A DNA stretch of 63,480 bases, the filler included, from an uncultured Methanosarcinales archaeon (GTDB taxonomy: Archaea; Nanobdellota; Nanobdellia; Woesearchaeales; CAZKBD01), in assembly GCA_964550945.1 (NCBI GenBank). It is 6 parts of 6 records of this genome, joined end to end, with 100 filler letters (N's around TTAATTAATTAA, not from the genome) between each part and the next. Parts side by side here need not be neighbours in the genome. Positions count along the whole stretch, not along the records: positions 1 to 11,347 come from CAZKBD010000060.1; positions 11,448 to 22,565 come from CAZKBD010000061.1; 4 more parts are not named here. One strand, written 5' to 3'. The position numbers were made by a program, and so were the translations under genes. Under the pieces are notes generated by a model that had not been told where the DNA came from, searched no databases, and was given only the letters and a program-made list of their open reading frames with translations. Positions 9,819 through 20,268 of the stretch are shown piece after piece (position 1 is the stretch's first letter; each line of letters opens with the position of its first letter).

Positions 9819-10387
9819 AGTATCCCCTCTTTTATTTGTACAAGGTTTTGTTCAACCTTTTTATGGTTTTCGATAAATAAGTTTTGGTTATGCACTATTC
9901 CAACAATCATTGGGCCGAATTTTTCAACTTCTAAATGCCAAACAGCTTCTGGAATGCTTAAATCAAGCCAATAGACTCTTAACACCTTTTTGATAGCTGA
10001 GGCTGCTAATTGAGCAGCACCGCCTGTAAAAGCCAGATAAACAGCATCATTATCGTTTAGCGCTTTTGTTACAATTTCATCCATCCCTCCTTTTCCAATA
10101 ATCGCTTTTATTCTTGTTTTTTTTATAAAATCAGATTCCATAGAATTCATTCTTGAGCTTGTGGTTGGGCCTGCTGCCAGTATTTTATAATCATTGCCTT
10201 CTTTTTTCACAACAGGGCCACAATGATAAACAGCAAGGCCTTCTGCATTAAACGGCAGTTTTTCTTTTAATGCCCTCATATGAGCTTTATCCCTTGCTGT
10301 AAATATCTCTCCAGTTAAGACTACTTCGTCTCCTACTTTCAGATTTTTGATTTGTTCGCCTGTTATTGGTGTTTTTAATTCAATCAT
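9815..10387 (-). CDS. Fe-S fumarate/tartrate hydro-lyase beta subunit
   Basis: TARDKAH, YHCGPV, AGPTTSSRM, IGKGGM. Confidence 0.92.
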   Translation of the reverse strand: MIELKTPITGEQIKNLKVGDEVVLTGEIFTARDKAHMRALKEKLPFNAEGLAVYHCGPVVKKEGNDYKILAAGPTTSSRMNSMESDFIKKTRIKAIIGKGGMDEIVTKALNDNDAVYLAFTGGAAQLAASAIKKVLRVYWLDLSIPEAVWHLEVEKFGPMIVGIVHNQNLFIENHKKVEQNLVQIKEGIL

Positions 10388-10410
10388 TTTTAATAATCAG
10401 TTTTTCTTAT

Positions 10411-11241
10411 TTAATGGCTTGTGATTTTAAACTTTCCGTCCTTAATCTCTCCAACAGCTCTTCTGGCTGCCCAGCATTGAATGTTTACTGCTACAGGTAA
10501 TGATGCGGTATGGCAGCCCATAGTTTCTATGTTCACCCCTAAAACTGTTGTTTTTCCGCCAAGCCCCATCGGGCCTATCCCTAGCTTATTTATTTTTTCC
10601 TTTAGTTCTAACTCTAGCTCTGTTTTCTCTTGATTTAATGGTTGGAGTATTGCTTTTTTGGCAATATCCATGGCTAAATCTGCGCTCCCTCCGATTCCTA
10701 TACCAATCACTAAAGGAGGACAGGGATTAGCGCCAGCTTCAACTATTGTGTTTAAAACAAATTCTTCTATTCCTTTCAGGCCTTGGCTTGGTTTGAGCAT
10801 TGCCAGCTTGCTCATATTTTCAGAACCTCCACCTTTAGGGCAGAAAGTAATAATTGTCTTGTTTGTGTTTTTAGGAAAATATTTTATGTAAGGAAAGCCC
10901 AACGATATATTGCCTTTGTTTTCTCTTGTGATTGGGTCAACAATATTGGGCCTAAGCGGGATTTCATCAGTAGCTTCCTGCACTGCTTTTCTTGCGTCCT
11001 CTTCAAAATCATCTGGGATTTTTCCTTCAACATAGAATAATGGAATGCCTGTATCCTGGCAAAGTGGTTTATTATTTTTTTCTGCAATCTGGATGTTATC
11101 AATTATCTGTTTCAGAATCTTCTTGCCTGTGCTGGATGTTTCATCATGATAAGCAGATTTTATCTCATCAAGAACATCTTTTGGCAGCCTAACAACTGCT
11201 AACCTGATAATATCTTTTAGAAATTCCTTTAATTCCTGCAT
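10411..11241 (-). CDS. Fe-S fumarate/tartrate hydro-lyase alpha subunit
   Basis: PLCQDTG, PKGGGSEN, NPCPP, GIGPMGLGG, QCWAAR. Confidence 0.93.
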   Translation of the reverse strand: MQELKEFLKDIIRLAVVRLPKDVLDEIKSAYHDETSSTGKKILKQIIDNIQIAEKNNKPLCQDTGIPLFYVEGKIPDDFEEDARKAVQEATDEIPLRPNIVDPITRENKGNISLGFPYIKYFPKNTNKTIITFCPKGGGSENMSKLAMLKPSQGLKGIEEFVLNTIVEAGANPCPPLVIGIGIGGSADLAMDIAKKAILQPLNQEKTELELELKEKINKLGIGPMGLGGKTTVLGVNIETMGCHTASLPVAVNIQCWAARRAVGEIKDGKFKITSH

Positions 11242-11347
11242 ACAAAAGTAAAAAATTAAAGATTATATAAATATTGCTCTATTTTGTCAATTTTGAATAA
11301 TTCGGTAATTAGTTGACACTTCTGCAGTATACAGGTGCTTTTTAAAC

Positions 11348-11447
11348 NNNNNNNNNNNNNNNNNNNNNNNNNNNNNNNNNNNNNNNNNNNNTTAATTAAT
11401 TAANNNNNNNNNNNNNNNNNNNNNNNNNNNNNNNNNNNNNNNNNNNN
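11348..11447. other. artificial contig spacer
   Basis: N44-TTAATTAATTAA-N44 (stop codons in all six frames). Confidence 0.98.
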
Positions 11448-11494
11448 ATAGGCATAAATAGATACGCCTATTTAAATAAACTGTGAAAGTTTAG

Positions 11495-12709
11495 TTATTT
11501 AATCTCAATAATCCTACCTATATCAGCTTTTATCCTTCTCTCGAAGTCAGCTACTTTTTCTCCTTCCTCTTTTTCTTTATCTAACAGCTTGATAAGCTCT
11601 TTTACAAGCCTCGCCTCTTTTTCTAGATCCAGGCCCTCAACCTTTATCTTTCCAAGGTGCTCTTTTATCAGCCTTTCTTCAGTGTCCTCTGTTGAAGCAG
11701 TATCTATCTTTATCTCTTCAAATTCCTTTGTTGTCAAGGCATTTGTATTCTTCATGACAAAATAAGCGCTTTTCTCATACAACAAGTCAAAAACTCTTTT
11801 GAAATCAATATCAGATATCTTTCCAGATTCAAGCGTTCCTTCAAATCTTAAAGTTACAATGGTATTATTAAATTCTTTATTTTGGATACCCCTTAAAACC
11901 TCTTCTTCAGCCTCTTTTGGGGTTCTGTGGTTGCAATCTACAAATATTTTATAGACATTATAAATCTGTATAGGCATCCACTCCACTTTGTTATTGTCAA
12001 AAATGTAAAAACCGCCTCTTTCAAGCTTCTCAAGCTCTGCAAAATTGTTAGGGAATAATGGCCCTGGATAAGCTATCACTCCATAATCCTCAACTTCTTT
12101 AGCAAATACAAAATGAGGATGCCCTCCAGCATAATAATTGAAGTTTTTTGGCAGCAATGATAAAGGCTGTGAATCCACTTTCTCAAATTCCTTTGGCTTT
12201 AGCTCGCTAAGCAGCGAATGGAACATAAATATCTTGTACCCCTCTTCTTTTTCAAGCTCTTCCCTTAACAAATCCTCATAATAGCTTTTCTCTAATCCTC
12301 CTTTCTTGCCGATTATGCCAGTTATCTTAACTCCTGTTTTCTTGTCAACTGTAAAGTTCAATTTTAGCTTCTCGCTGACAATCTCGCCTTTTGCCACATT
12401 AATGCATAACCCAGCATTCTCCAAAACATCCAGCATAGTTTTTCCTGATGGAGAAAAATCATGGCTTCCAGCAATAATATAAACCGCTATATTCTTATCA
12501 TTCAGCTCCTTTAGTTTTTTGGTAGCCTCTTTCAATCCATCTATTGACGGCAAAGAAGTATTGAACAAATCCCCTGAGATAAGCACAAAGTCAACTCCCT
12601 TGTCAATAGAAATATCAACAGCCCTGACAAAAGCCCTTAAGCTTATATCTTTTAGCTTAGGGTCTCGCCAGCTTCCAATATGGCAATCAGCCAGATGTGC
12701 AAATTTCAT
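11495..12709 (-). CDS. mre11: DNA double-strand break repair nuclease Mre11
   Basis: HLADCHIG, ISGDLF, AGSHD, GGHPH, YPGPL metallophosphoesterase motifs. Confidence 0.9.
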   Translation of the reverse strand: MKFAHLADCHIGSWRDPKLKDISLRAFVRAVDISIDKGVDFVLISGDLFNTSLPSIDGLKEATKKLKELNDKNIAVYIIAGSHDFSPSGKTMLDVLENAGLCINVAKGEIVSEKLKLNFTVDKKTGVKITGIIGKKGGLEKSYYEDLLREELEKEEGYKIFMFHSLLSELKPKEFEKVDSQPLSLLPKNFNYYAGGHPHFVFAKEVEDYGVIAYPGPLFPNNFAELEKLERGGFYIFDNNKVEWMPIQIYNVYKIFVDCNHRTPKEAEEEVLRGIQNKEFNNTIVTLRFEGTLESGKISDIDFKRVFDLLYEKSAYFVMKNTNALTTKEFEEIKIDTASTEDTEERLIKEHLGKIKVEGLDLEKEARLVKELIKLLDKEKEEGEKVADFERRIKADIGRIIEIK

Positions 12710-12766
12710 GATTGAGAACGGTAACCCAGAAGATTATTTAAATATATCCTTGCTGCATATTTTTTA

Positions 12767-13099
12767 TCAGTACATCAATATGCCTACAACAATGGCTGTA
12801 TCAATAACTATCCACAGAGAATAAGATATTATTATTGGCTTCTCTTTATGCACTATCCCATAAATCAGCCATGGAATTGCAAAAAAAGCAAACAAGAACC
12901 AAGTTAGAAATGAAACATCCCCTGCAGACTTGTCCCTGTATATCTTGAACAATTGAGGCAGGTCAAACATAGGTCCAATAACTGCCAATGAGAGGACTAA
13001 TCTATCAAGATATCTCACAAATTTGGTTGGATGAGGATACTTCTCATGCTTCTGGTGGATCCTTTTTCTCGCATACAAATGATACATGCCTTTGCTCAT
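12767..13099 (-). CDS. SemiSWEET/PQ-loop membrane protein
   Basis: LPQLFKIY..KSAGDVS..W...WLIYG; three TM helices. Confidence 0.82.
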   Translation of the reverse strand: MSKGMYHLYARKRIHQKHEKYPHPTKFVRYLDRLVLSLAVIGPMFDLPQLFKIYRDKSAGDVSFLTWFLFAFFAIPWLIYGIVHKEKPIIISYSLWIVIDTAIVVGILMY

Positions 13100-13169
13100 A
13101 AGGAGTTTATTTTAAATGTCCTATAAATAGGTTTTGGTTGAATTGTTAGAATATAGTGAACTCTGTTTA

Positions 13170-13973
13170 TTACGATTTAGATATCATCATTGGTTTAACT
13201 ACTGTTTTTGCATACCTTACTTCTCTTTGGTCTATAATATCATGTCCTCTGATAGAATCACGCAAATGCCTGATATATTGATGACCATTAGTTAATCCAT
13301 AAACATCCTGATAAAATGCTGCGATAAATGTTATGAATTCTCCAGCAGAAATGCCGCTTTTTCCATCCAGGTTGACTAATACAGGGTGAAGGGAAACAGG
13401 ATTCTGTTCAGGGCCATAAGCTGGCTGTGTATAATCTGCAAATAATGGAAATCCACCTAATTTTTCATAAAGTTTAAGTCTCGTCTCAACTTTTTTTCTT
13501 TGGTCAGGAGAAGAAAAGTCAACTTCTCTTTCCACTTCTCCAAATACTCTGGTTACTCCAGCAGGCCTAAGAATATTATCCAAAGTATGCTTAACTATCC
13601 TTATTCCGTCACCCTTATTTCTGTGATTTATTGGTACAAAAAGGTATTCAATAAAAGCAAAGTTAGTAGCTGGAAAACTATAAGCTAGCATTCCTGCCCT
13701 GAATGTTTCATCTGGATTAATAGATATGTCATATTTTGCATCAGGAACTTGGAATCTGCATACTAAACTAACCTGACTATTCTCTAAGTTAGGTTCTCTT
13801 ATTAGGCTTTCAATTCCCCTTATTCTTCTTGGGCCATCTGCATCTGTAAATGTGAGATCATCTCTGCTCCTTCTTTCATCTGCTGGAAAAGCCTCTTCAA
13901 AATGAGGCATAACTGCATCCAGCACACCATTTGTGATATCTTCTCTGGTGAGTATCTTGTTTATCAATGCCAT
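13170..13973 (-). CDS. GNAT-family acetyltransferase
   Basis: AFPADERR, FIEYLFV...RNKGDG, LYEKLG, YTQP; start placed by TATA spacing (alternative TTG at 13991). Confidence 0.72.
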   Translation of the reverse strand: MALINKILTREDITNGVLDAVMPHFEEAFPADERRSRDDLTFTDADGPRRIRGIESLIREPNLENSQVSLVCRFQVPDAKYDISINPDETFRAGMLAYSFPATNFAFIEYLFVPINHRNKGDGIRIVKHTLDNILRPAGVTRVFGEVEREVDFSSPDQRKKVETRLKLYEKLGGFPLFADYTQPAYGPEQNPVSLHPVLVNLDGKSGISAGEFITFIAAFYQDVYGLTNGHQYIRHLRDSIRGHDIIDQREVRYAKTVVKPMMISKS

Positions 13974-14071
13974 TAGGATATCACTTTTCAAAGAGTATTT
14001 AAATCTTTCGATTTATAACTACTATACAATAACAAAAAGATTTATAAATCCGCAGCCATTCCAATATAGCT

Positions 14072-14542
14072 ATGGGGGATGAAGCTTATTTGGATTGGAT
14101 TAATGGATACTGTGTTAGATTTCTTCAGGAAAATGGGCGTACTGAAGAACGAGTTGCAGGAGAAGAGAAATTCTGCGAAACATTTGGAGGTTATACTGTA
14201 AACCTAATCAGGGGAACAGGTATTGCAACTGCAGAAAAAAGAATCCATCTAATTCATGAAACAGTTCTTACAGCAGACTATGTTGATGATAGGATAACTA
14301 AGCAACCGATGGAATCAATAAACCCGCTCGATAGAAAAGTGCTCCATCTGTACAGGCTCACACCATACTCAGATTTGAGATGTGAACTAGGCTGGCAAAT
14401 GGACCCGCATATAGAGCTATTCGAAAGCGGTTTAACATTAAGATTAGAACCTTATCATCTAGCTAATGGGGAGTTCCGTAATCCTCAATACAGATTTCTT
14501 AGGGATTTTATTGAATGTGTTCTGAGAAGTCCTGAGTCCTAA
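14072..14542 (+). CDS. hypothetical protein (ORFan)
   Basis: 156-aa ORF with AAAAGATTTATAAAT promoter ~22 nt upstream. Confidence 0.65.
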   Translation: MGDEAYLDWINGYCVRFLQENGRTEERVAGEEKFCETFGGYTVNLIRGTGIATAEKRIHLIHETVLTADYVDDRITKQPMESINPLDRKVLHLYRLTPYSDLRCELGWQMDPHIELFESGLTLRLEPYHLANGEFRNPQYRFLRDFIECVLRSPES

Positions 14543-15126
14543 CCCTCTGCTCTTAAAGCCTTCACATCTAAGCCCAACCATTCTAATGCAATCACATTTA
14601 CATATTCTTCTTTGTGTATAATACTGTCTACTACGCTAATCACTCTTGTATTATTAAATCGTTTGGAGAACCACCCAGTTGATAACCCTTTTGTCCTCAC
14701 TCTTTCCCACTTTGCTATATATCTATCAATTCTTTTCTTAATCCTCTCACGGTTAGTATTTAAATACCCTGCCAAAGTTTGTTTCCCTACAGGCAAGCGC
14801 CCTATCCTGCCAAAAGGGTCATCTCTTCCTTGTATAGATTCATCAGTTATCCTCATAGAAGCAAGGGCTGTTCTTATCCTTGTAAAAGCTCTTATGACCT
14901 CATTAGCAACAATTCCCAAAGTTAGTTCCCTTTTAAATTGTTTTGACATAAATCCTAAGTTTAACGCAATCTCATTAGGAGTTCGGCCACCAATCAAATC
15001 TACAAGGTCTCGCTTCGCTTGTAATATCATATTTGTTTCTTGCCTTCGGTGAGAGTCCACTTGCCTCATCAATCTACCTAGATCATCCTTTGCAGTTTCC
15101 TCCCAACCAGTTCTTCTTGGACTCAT
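14539..15126 (-). CDS. hypothetical protein (ORFan)
   Basis: 195-aa ORF whose start overlaps the herA stop. Confidence 0.65.
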   Translation of the reverse strand: MSPRRTGWEETAKDDLGRLMRQVDSHRRQETNMILQAKRDLVDLIGGRTPNEIALNLGFMSKQFKRELTLGIVANEVIRAFTRIRTALASMRITDESIQGRDDPFGRIGRLPVGKQTLAGYLNTNRERIKKRIDRYIAKWERVRTKGLSTGWFSKRFNNTRVISVVDSIIHKEEYVNVIALEWLGLDVKALRAEG

Positions 15127-16649
15127 TATCTTAAACCTATCCCCCCAAACTCTTTCTTAACATTCTCTCTATTTATACTTTTCGCAAACTCCTCAAACAA
15201 AGGAACTTTAATTGGAGTCGCAAACTTAGCAAAATTTGAAGTTATGATTGCTTCTCCAATATCCAGCGAAGCGATATTCCTATTATCCTGGCTTAAATCC
15301 TGTGAAGCGCTTTCAATTATTGCCTGCCTCTCAGGAGCCATCTCTACTCCTAATATTATTTTAGTGTTCATATTAGCTAATATCTCGCGAGGAATAAGAG
15401 AAGGAAGCTGCGTGATAGCAATTAATCCAACCTTAAACTTTCTTCCCTCTCTGGCAATTGTAGAGAATATGTTTGGGCCTTTCTCCATTATCTCCCTGCC
15501 AAGCACTCTTGGAGCTTCTTCTAATATTATTGAGATCACTGGCTTGTCTTTTAGCTCGCCTTTAAGCTTGTAACCTTTATATTTGTTAAATACCTCAGTT
15601 GCTACCAGGCTTCCAATCAAAATCTCAACTGCTCCAGAAAAGCTTGAAGTGTCAATAATAATTGTTTTTGAGTTTTCAAGCTCACTGCAAATATCGCTTA
15701 TTGTAGTTTCTCCAGAAATTGCATCAAAAATCCCATTGCAGTAAATCTTCTCATTATGCCATTCCAGATCAAGCAAAGATAAGATTCTTCTTCTAATAAC
15801 TGCTATCGTTCCTTCTTGAAAAACAACAGCCAATGGTTTCTCTTGAACCAATGCTTCAATCCAATGCTGGCCATATTCTTTATGATAATAGTTTAAAGCC
15901 TGCCTTTGCGGATCAGAAAAATCCACAACTCCATTAAAATGCGATGGCCTTATATTTTTTAGGTTAATCCTAAGCGTTTTTGTTCCTGCTGGCGGATTGT
16001 CTGGAGTATAATATACAACCCTATCTCTCCTAGAATGATCCTTTAACCCTAATTTATTCCTGCCATAATATTCATCATGAGGGTCTAAGACCAATATTCC
16101 GCAATAATCCTTGTCAATAGTATCCCATAATATACAGCTTGTTAGATTGCTCTTGCCTCTGCCAGTTGTTGCTGGAATCAGGATATGGTGTGTAAAAACC
16201 TTTTCCCCATCAAGGCAGATATCAACATCCATCATCTTAGAGCCTGACCTTAATTTTCCAATAAACAAAGGATTTTTTGGTTTTGTTAAAAACTTTAGGT
16301 CATCATTTGTCACTTCTCTCACTTCTGAGAAAAAGCTAGGCAATGTTTTGCATACAGCTGCATTATTACCCCTAATTGAGATAAGATTCTTAGCTGCTAT
16401 CAGATTATAATTCCTTAGCTTAGGATCCATAAACTCTAAGCTGGAATTCTCCTCTAACTTCAAGCCAGACAAGAGCTCTAAATTCTGTTGTGAGATCTGC
16501 GAACCATAAAGCAAATCAAATACCTGCAATAGAATCTTTCCATCTGTAGTATCTGCTATTAGCAGTTCACCAAGCTCAATATCCTTGTCAGACTTCTGCC
16601 TTACTAAAATCTTCCCGTATTCTCCAGAAATCACCTGCCCTTTTATCAT
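15126..16649 (-). CDS. herA: HerA-type DNA helicase/ATPase (HAS barrel + DUF87)
   Basis: [13 protein letters not shown]alker [22 protein letters not shown]...ITQ.P. Confidence 0.85.
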   Translation of the reverse strand: MIKGQVISGEYGKILVRQKSDKDIELGELLIADTTDGKILLQVFDLLYGSQISQQNLELLSGLKLEENSSLEFMDPKLRNYNLIAAKNLISIRGNNAAVCKTLPSFFSEVREVTNDDLKFLTKPKNPLFIGKLRSGSKMMDVDICLDGEKVFTHHILIPATTGRGKSNLTSCILWDTIDKDYCGILVLDPHDEYYGRNKLGLKDHSRRDRVVYYTPDNPPAGTKTLRINLKNIRPSHFNGVVDFSDPQRQALNYYHKEYGQHWIEALVQEKPLAVVFQEGTIAVIRRRILSLLDLEWHNEKIYCNGIFDAISGETTISDICSELENSKTIIIDTSSFSGAVEILIGSLVATEVFNKYKGYKLKGELKDKPVISIILEEAPRVLGREIMEKGPNIFSTIAREGRKFKVGLIAITQLPSLIPREILANMNTKIILGVEMAPERQAIIESASQDLSQDNRNIASLDIGEAIITSNFAKFATPIKVPLFEEFAKSINRENVKKEFGGIGLR

Positions 16650-16681
16650 GAACTAAAGAATTGGAATTGCTTATATAAACT

Positions 16682-17083
16682 TTACTTAAAAATAATTTTA
16701 TCTGCCGCCACTATTATTAAAGATACAATAACTAAAATAGTGGGAATCACAGTTAAGTATTTGAAAGATTCAATAAATACAGAAGACAACAATATTAAAG
16801 GCATTAAAATTGCCCCATACATCATGCAATTGGAGCCTAGTCTCTTGTATCTTTCCTTTAATTTAACCTTGTCTATCTCATAACCATATAAGATGTTTAT
16901 AATAGCTAACGCAATAAATGCAATATGGGAAAGCCTTAGCATCCTTCTTGGAAGAGATACATAATCTCCAACTGGAGAAATAAATGGGCCATTAAAAGAC
17001 CACATCCCCATCACTGCTCCCAAGATTATTCCTACTAATATCCATATCCAGCCAAAAGAAATATTTTTTTTGCCAATTTTCAT
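16682..17083 (-). CDS. membrane protein (4 TM)
   Basis: Hydrophobic helices, RRMLRLSH motif; ATGA overlap with the upstream gene. Confidence 0.75.
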   Translation of the reverse strand: MKIGKKNISFGWIWILVGIILGAVMGMWSFNGPFISPVGDYVSLPRRMLRLSHIAFIALAIINILYGYEIDKVKLKERYKRLGSNCMMYGAILMPLILLSSVFIESFKYLTVIPTILVIVSLIIVAADKIIFK

Positions 17084-17487
17084 TTCCATTTTAGATATCT
17101 GCCATCTTTCTTAGCATAAGCCAAGAACCAAACAAACAAGGCCAAGAATATTACATCAAATATTGCAAACCAAAAGAAGACTATATCAGCAAGATTTGCA
17201 AAATAAAAATAGCTTGTTAGCCCGCTATACACCAATTTATAGACAATTCCCAATTTTACTAAATCAATATTTCTATAAAGATTCCTGTAAATAAAATAGT
17301 ATCCTATGCCCATAGCTATCACAAATGCAGCAGACATTTGAAGGTACATAGGATAGGGTGGTAACGTAATATCAAAGTACGAATAGATGGGTTTGTAGAA
17401 AAAGAAGAACAATAGCCCTAAGATAAGATCGTATGCTGCTGCAACTAAGAATAGTCCCCTGAAAAATCCCTCCCTATTATCTGTCAT
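17080..17487 (-). CDS. membrane protein (4 TM)
   Basis: Hydrophobic helices; co-oriented with the radical SAM gene. Confidence 0.75.
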   Translation of the reverse strand: MTDNREGFFRGLFLVAAAYDLILGLLFFFFYKPIYSYFDITLPPYPMYLQMSAAFVIAMGIGYYFIYRNLYRNIDLVKLGIVYKLVYSGLTSYFYFANLADIVFFWFAIFDVIFLALFVWFLAYAKKDGRYLKWK

Positions 17488-17512
17488 GTAACTAATATAG
17501 GAGCCCTATTAT

Positions 17513-18883
17513 TTAAATGTTGTCAAACGATTTCGGAAAAGTTCCATCTTTTGAAAGGTCCTTAATCCTTTTTCTAAAGCCTAAACTGATAGCCAATAAT
17601 CCTACAATAACCAATAGCCTCCTTATTGATGGCCGAATCAAAAAATTGCCCAGCTTAAGAAAAAACCTTTTGGCAATCAATCTCTTTGAATAAAATTCCT
17701 TGGTTATCCAGCTCACTCCATCATAAATCTCGTTTGCAGTCATCTTGGCAGGTTTAAACACTATATGCCTGAAATCATAGCTCTTATAATCATCAGTAAG
17801 AAGCCTTTTCTGTTTTTTGAGCTGATTATAAAAATCTGTGCCAGGGATTGGAGTTAAGTAAATTGCAAGAAATGAATCCAAATTTGTTTCTCTCAAGAAT
17901 TCAAAGGTTTGTTTAAAGATCAAAGGATCATCCTTCTCAAAGCCAAAAATAAAGCCTCCCTCAATCCCTATGCCATATCTATGAAGAAGTTCGATGGTTT
18001 TTTTGTATTTGTCCACATGGTTGTGTTTTTTATTCATGTCGCATAAACTTGATTTAGATATAGACTCAAAGCCTAAAAACAAGCCAAAACAGCCGCTTTT
18101 TGCAGCCAGCTTAACAAGCTCTTCATCCTCGCCTATATCAGTTGTGGCCTGGCTGATCCAGTATATATGCAAAGGCATCAATGCCTTAAACAATTTTTTT
18201 GCATACTCATTATCTCCAATAATATTATCATCTACAAAGAAAATAAACTTTCTTGGAAATGATTTCACACTCTTAATATCCCGAATAACATGCTCAATAG
18301 GCCTGGCTCTATGTTTGTGGTGATAAAATGGAGAGGTAGAGCAAAATTTGCAGTTATGCGAGCAACCCCTGGTAGCTTCTACAAAATTAGTATTGATATA
18401 GCCTAACCCTTTGAATATTTCCCATTTTGGGATAGGCAAATCGTTTAAATCGCTGCTTTGATTATTCACATACCTTTTCTTTAATTTACCCCTTTTAAAG
18501 TCCTCGAGCAATTTTTCCCATACACTATCAGCATCTCCAATTATTATCGAATCAGAATGTTTCAGGGCTTCTTCAGGCATCAGGCTTGGGTGCAATCCTC
18601 CCATAACTACTTTAACGCCTTTATTCCTGAATATATCTGCAATCTCATAAGCTCTTGGTGCAACTGATGTATTGACTGAAATTGCCACAAGGTCTGCATC
18701 TAAGTTATAATCAATCGGAGAGATTTGCTCGTCAATTATGATTATCTTGTCTTCTTCTGGAGTAAGCGCAGCAAGATTAGCTAAAGCTAAAGAAGGAAAC
18801 CTTAGAAAGATAGTGCCCTTAGGATTATTAGGCTTGTCTGCTCTTAAAAACTCCTTTGTCAGCGCTACAAGTAATATTTTCAT
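17513..18883 (-). CDS. B12-binding domain radical SAM protein
   Basis: PSLALANLAA, GGLHPS, TRGCSHNCKFC (CxxxCxxC), FVDDN, GFES, TPIPGT. Confidence 0.9.
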   Translation of the reverse strand: MKILLVALTKEFLRADKPNNPKGTIFLRFPSLALANLAALTPEEDKIIIIDEQISPIDYNLDADLVAISVNTSVAPRAYEIADIFRNKGVKVVMGGLHPSLMPEEALKHSDSIIIGDADSVWEKLLEDFKRGKLKKRYVNNQSSDLNDLPIPKWEIFKGLGYINTNFVEATRGCSHNCKFCSTSPFYHHKHRARPIEHVIRDIKSVKSFPRKFIFFVDDNIIGDNEYAKKLFKALMPLHIYWISQATTDIGEDEELVKLAAKSGCFGLFLGFESISKSSLCDMNKKHNHVDKYKKTIELLHRYGIGIEGGFIFGFEKDDPLIFKQTFEFLRETNLDSFLAIYLTPIPGTDFYNQLKKQKRLLTDDYKSYDFRHIVFKPAKMTANEIYDGVSWITKEFYSKRLIAKRFFLKLGNFLIRPSIRRLLVIVGLLAISLGFRKRIKDLSKDGTFPKSFDNI

Positions 18884-18909
18884 TACTATTGATACCAAAT
18901 AATTGATGT

Positions 18910-19605
18910 TTATATCTTTTTTGTTTCAATCTTGATTATCTCATCAATTTCATCTTCAGAAACCGCACATCCACTTATCTTAACCCCCCATAGCACAGAG
19001 TCAAGCAATATTTTCTTGGAATCAGGGATATCTGCTAAATACTGGTCTAACAGCCCAAGCTCATAAGCAATAGTTACAAGCTCAACAGACCTTATTAGCT
19101 TAATATTCTTTGTTTGCTCTGCAAAGGTTCTTAATTTATCTCTGTCCATTGAAACGCTTGTATGCAGCTTGCTTTGCAAAATATTCCTAAGCTCCAAAGG
19201 ACTTTCAATCAAGAGCCTTGTTGTTCTCTCATCTATCACAAGGATATCAGATCCAAGATAGGTGCAAGACACAATGCCGCTTATTTCAGCATAATGGCAG
19301 ACATTGATAAAATTACCTTTTGCTTTAAATGAGGTATTCACTAAATCCAATAGCTCAATGGTCTTGGCTTTTAATTTACTATTGTCAATTACCTTTAAAA
19401 TTCCTTTTTTTATATACCTCATAACCTGAAGCGCCTCAAATTCAAACCTTTTGGTCATTAATGGCTTGTCAACAAGCTCCCTCTTTGTTGCCTCGCTTAA
19501 ATAGAACTCCCCTTCAAATCTTTTTTTAAGCTCCTTCAAGAGCCAGAGCAGGTTATTTGTCGTTAACGATATTACTGGCCCTGTATCAAACACTATGGCT
19601 TTCAT
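18910..19605 (-). CDS. PIN-like (DUF3368-related) protein
   Basis: IVFDTGPVISL N-terminus, AEI, LVIDERTTR. Confidence 0.65.
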   Translation of the reverse strand: MKAIVFDTGPVISLTTNNLLWLLKELKKRFEGEFYLSEATKRELVDKPLMTKRFEFEALQVMRYIKKGILKVIDNSKLKAKTIELLDLVNTSFKAKGNFINVCHYAEISGIVSCTYLGSDILVIDERTTRLLIESPLELRNILQSKLHTSVSMDRDKLRTFAEQTKNIKLIRSVELVTIAYELGLLDQYLADIPDSKKILLDSVLWGVKISGCAVSEDEIDEIIKIETKKI

Positions 19606-20156
19606 CTGAACAAGCCCCTTGCCAATTCTAATCTTGATTTCACATTAACTGTTTCTGTACGAATTTCAGCAGCTGTTGTTTTGCCTATATAACTCATCAG
19701 CTCCCATTGTGAAATGTTCAGCATCTCAGCTGATCTCGCTAATGATATCCCATGCTCATAAAGCTTGCTTCCCTTTTTTATCTGCGCTTGTTTAAGCACT
19801 TCTTCAATATACAGCTCAAGCTTTGTATCAACTGTAGCTACAAACTTGAACAGTTTCTGTATTTTTTCTCTGTATTTGTCAGTGTTATCATCCTGCGCAT
19901 AATCAACAGCATCCTCTAAGATTTCTAGTATTGCAGAATAATTCAGCTCTCCCTGCTTTCTTTCTATTATTTTTGACAAAGCATAAATAAAGATAGCGAC
20001 AGAGATGCTGTCTTCATCCTGGAAGATGCTTGCATTATGCATTGTATGGTTGCTAATTTCTTTTATCTCCATAACATCCTTTGCTTCCTTAACTTTTAGT
20101 ATCTCAATTAGCTCTTTTAAAATAGCAAGAATATCTTTTTTGATTATTTCGTTCAT
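19602..20156 (-). CDS. hypothetical protein with C-terminal UPF0175-like HTH
   Basis: GISLARSAEMLNISQWELM resembles the UPF0175 HTH; overlaps the PIN-like gene. Confidence 0.6.
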   Translation of the reverse strand: MNEIIKKDILAILKELIEILKVKEAKDVMEIKEISNHTMHNASIFQDEDSISVAIFIYALSKIIERKQGELNYSAILEILEDAVDYAQDDNTDKYREKIQKLFKFVATVDTKLELYIEEVLKQAQIKKGSKLYEHGISLARSAEMLNISQWELMSYIGKTTAAEIRTETVNVKSRLELARGLFR

Positions 20157-20268
20157 AATCCTATTTCAGATTATTATTTTATTTAAAGGTTTTGGAAATT
20201 GGAAATTTTCAAAACGAAAACTATATAAATAACTCAATTACTAACCAAATTAAAAATGGTGCAAAGAT

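Noticed and set aside
11310..11347. Similarity of the contig end (CTGCA...AGGTGCTTTTT) to the reverse complement of ~22730..22760
   Set aside because: Too short and degenerate to call a repeat family without a search
11392..11403. TTAATTAATTAA palindrome recurring every ~11.1 kb
   Set aside because: Synthetic six-frame-stop linker inside N runs, not biological periodicity
20157..20268. Possible oriC next to oapABC
   Set aside because: Short region, no ORB-like TTCCA..GAAA/G-string repeats and no cdc6; the symmetry can be explained by back-to-back promoters
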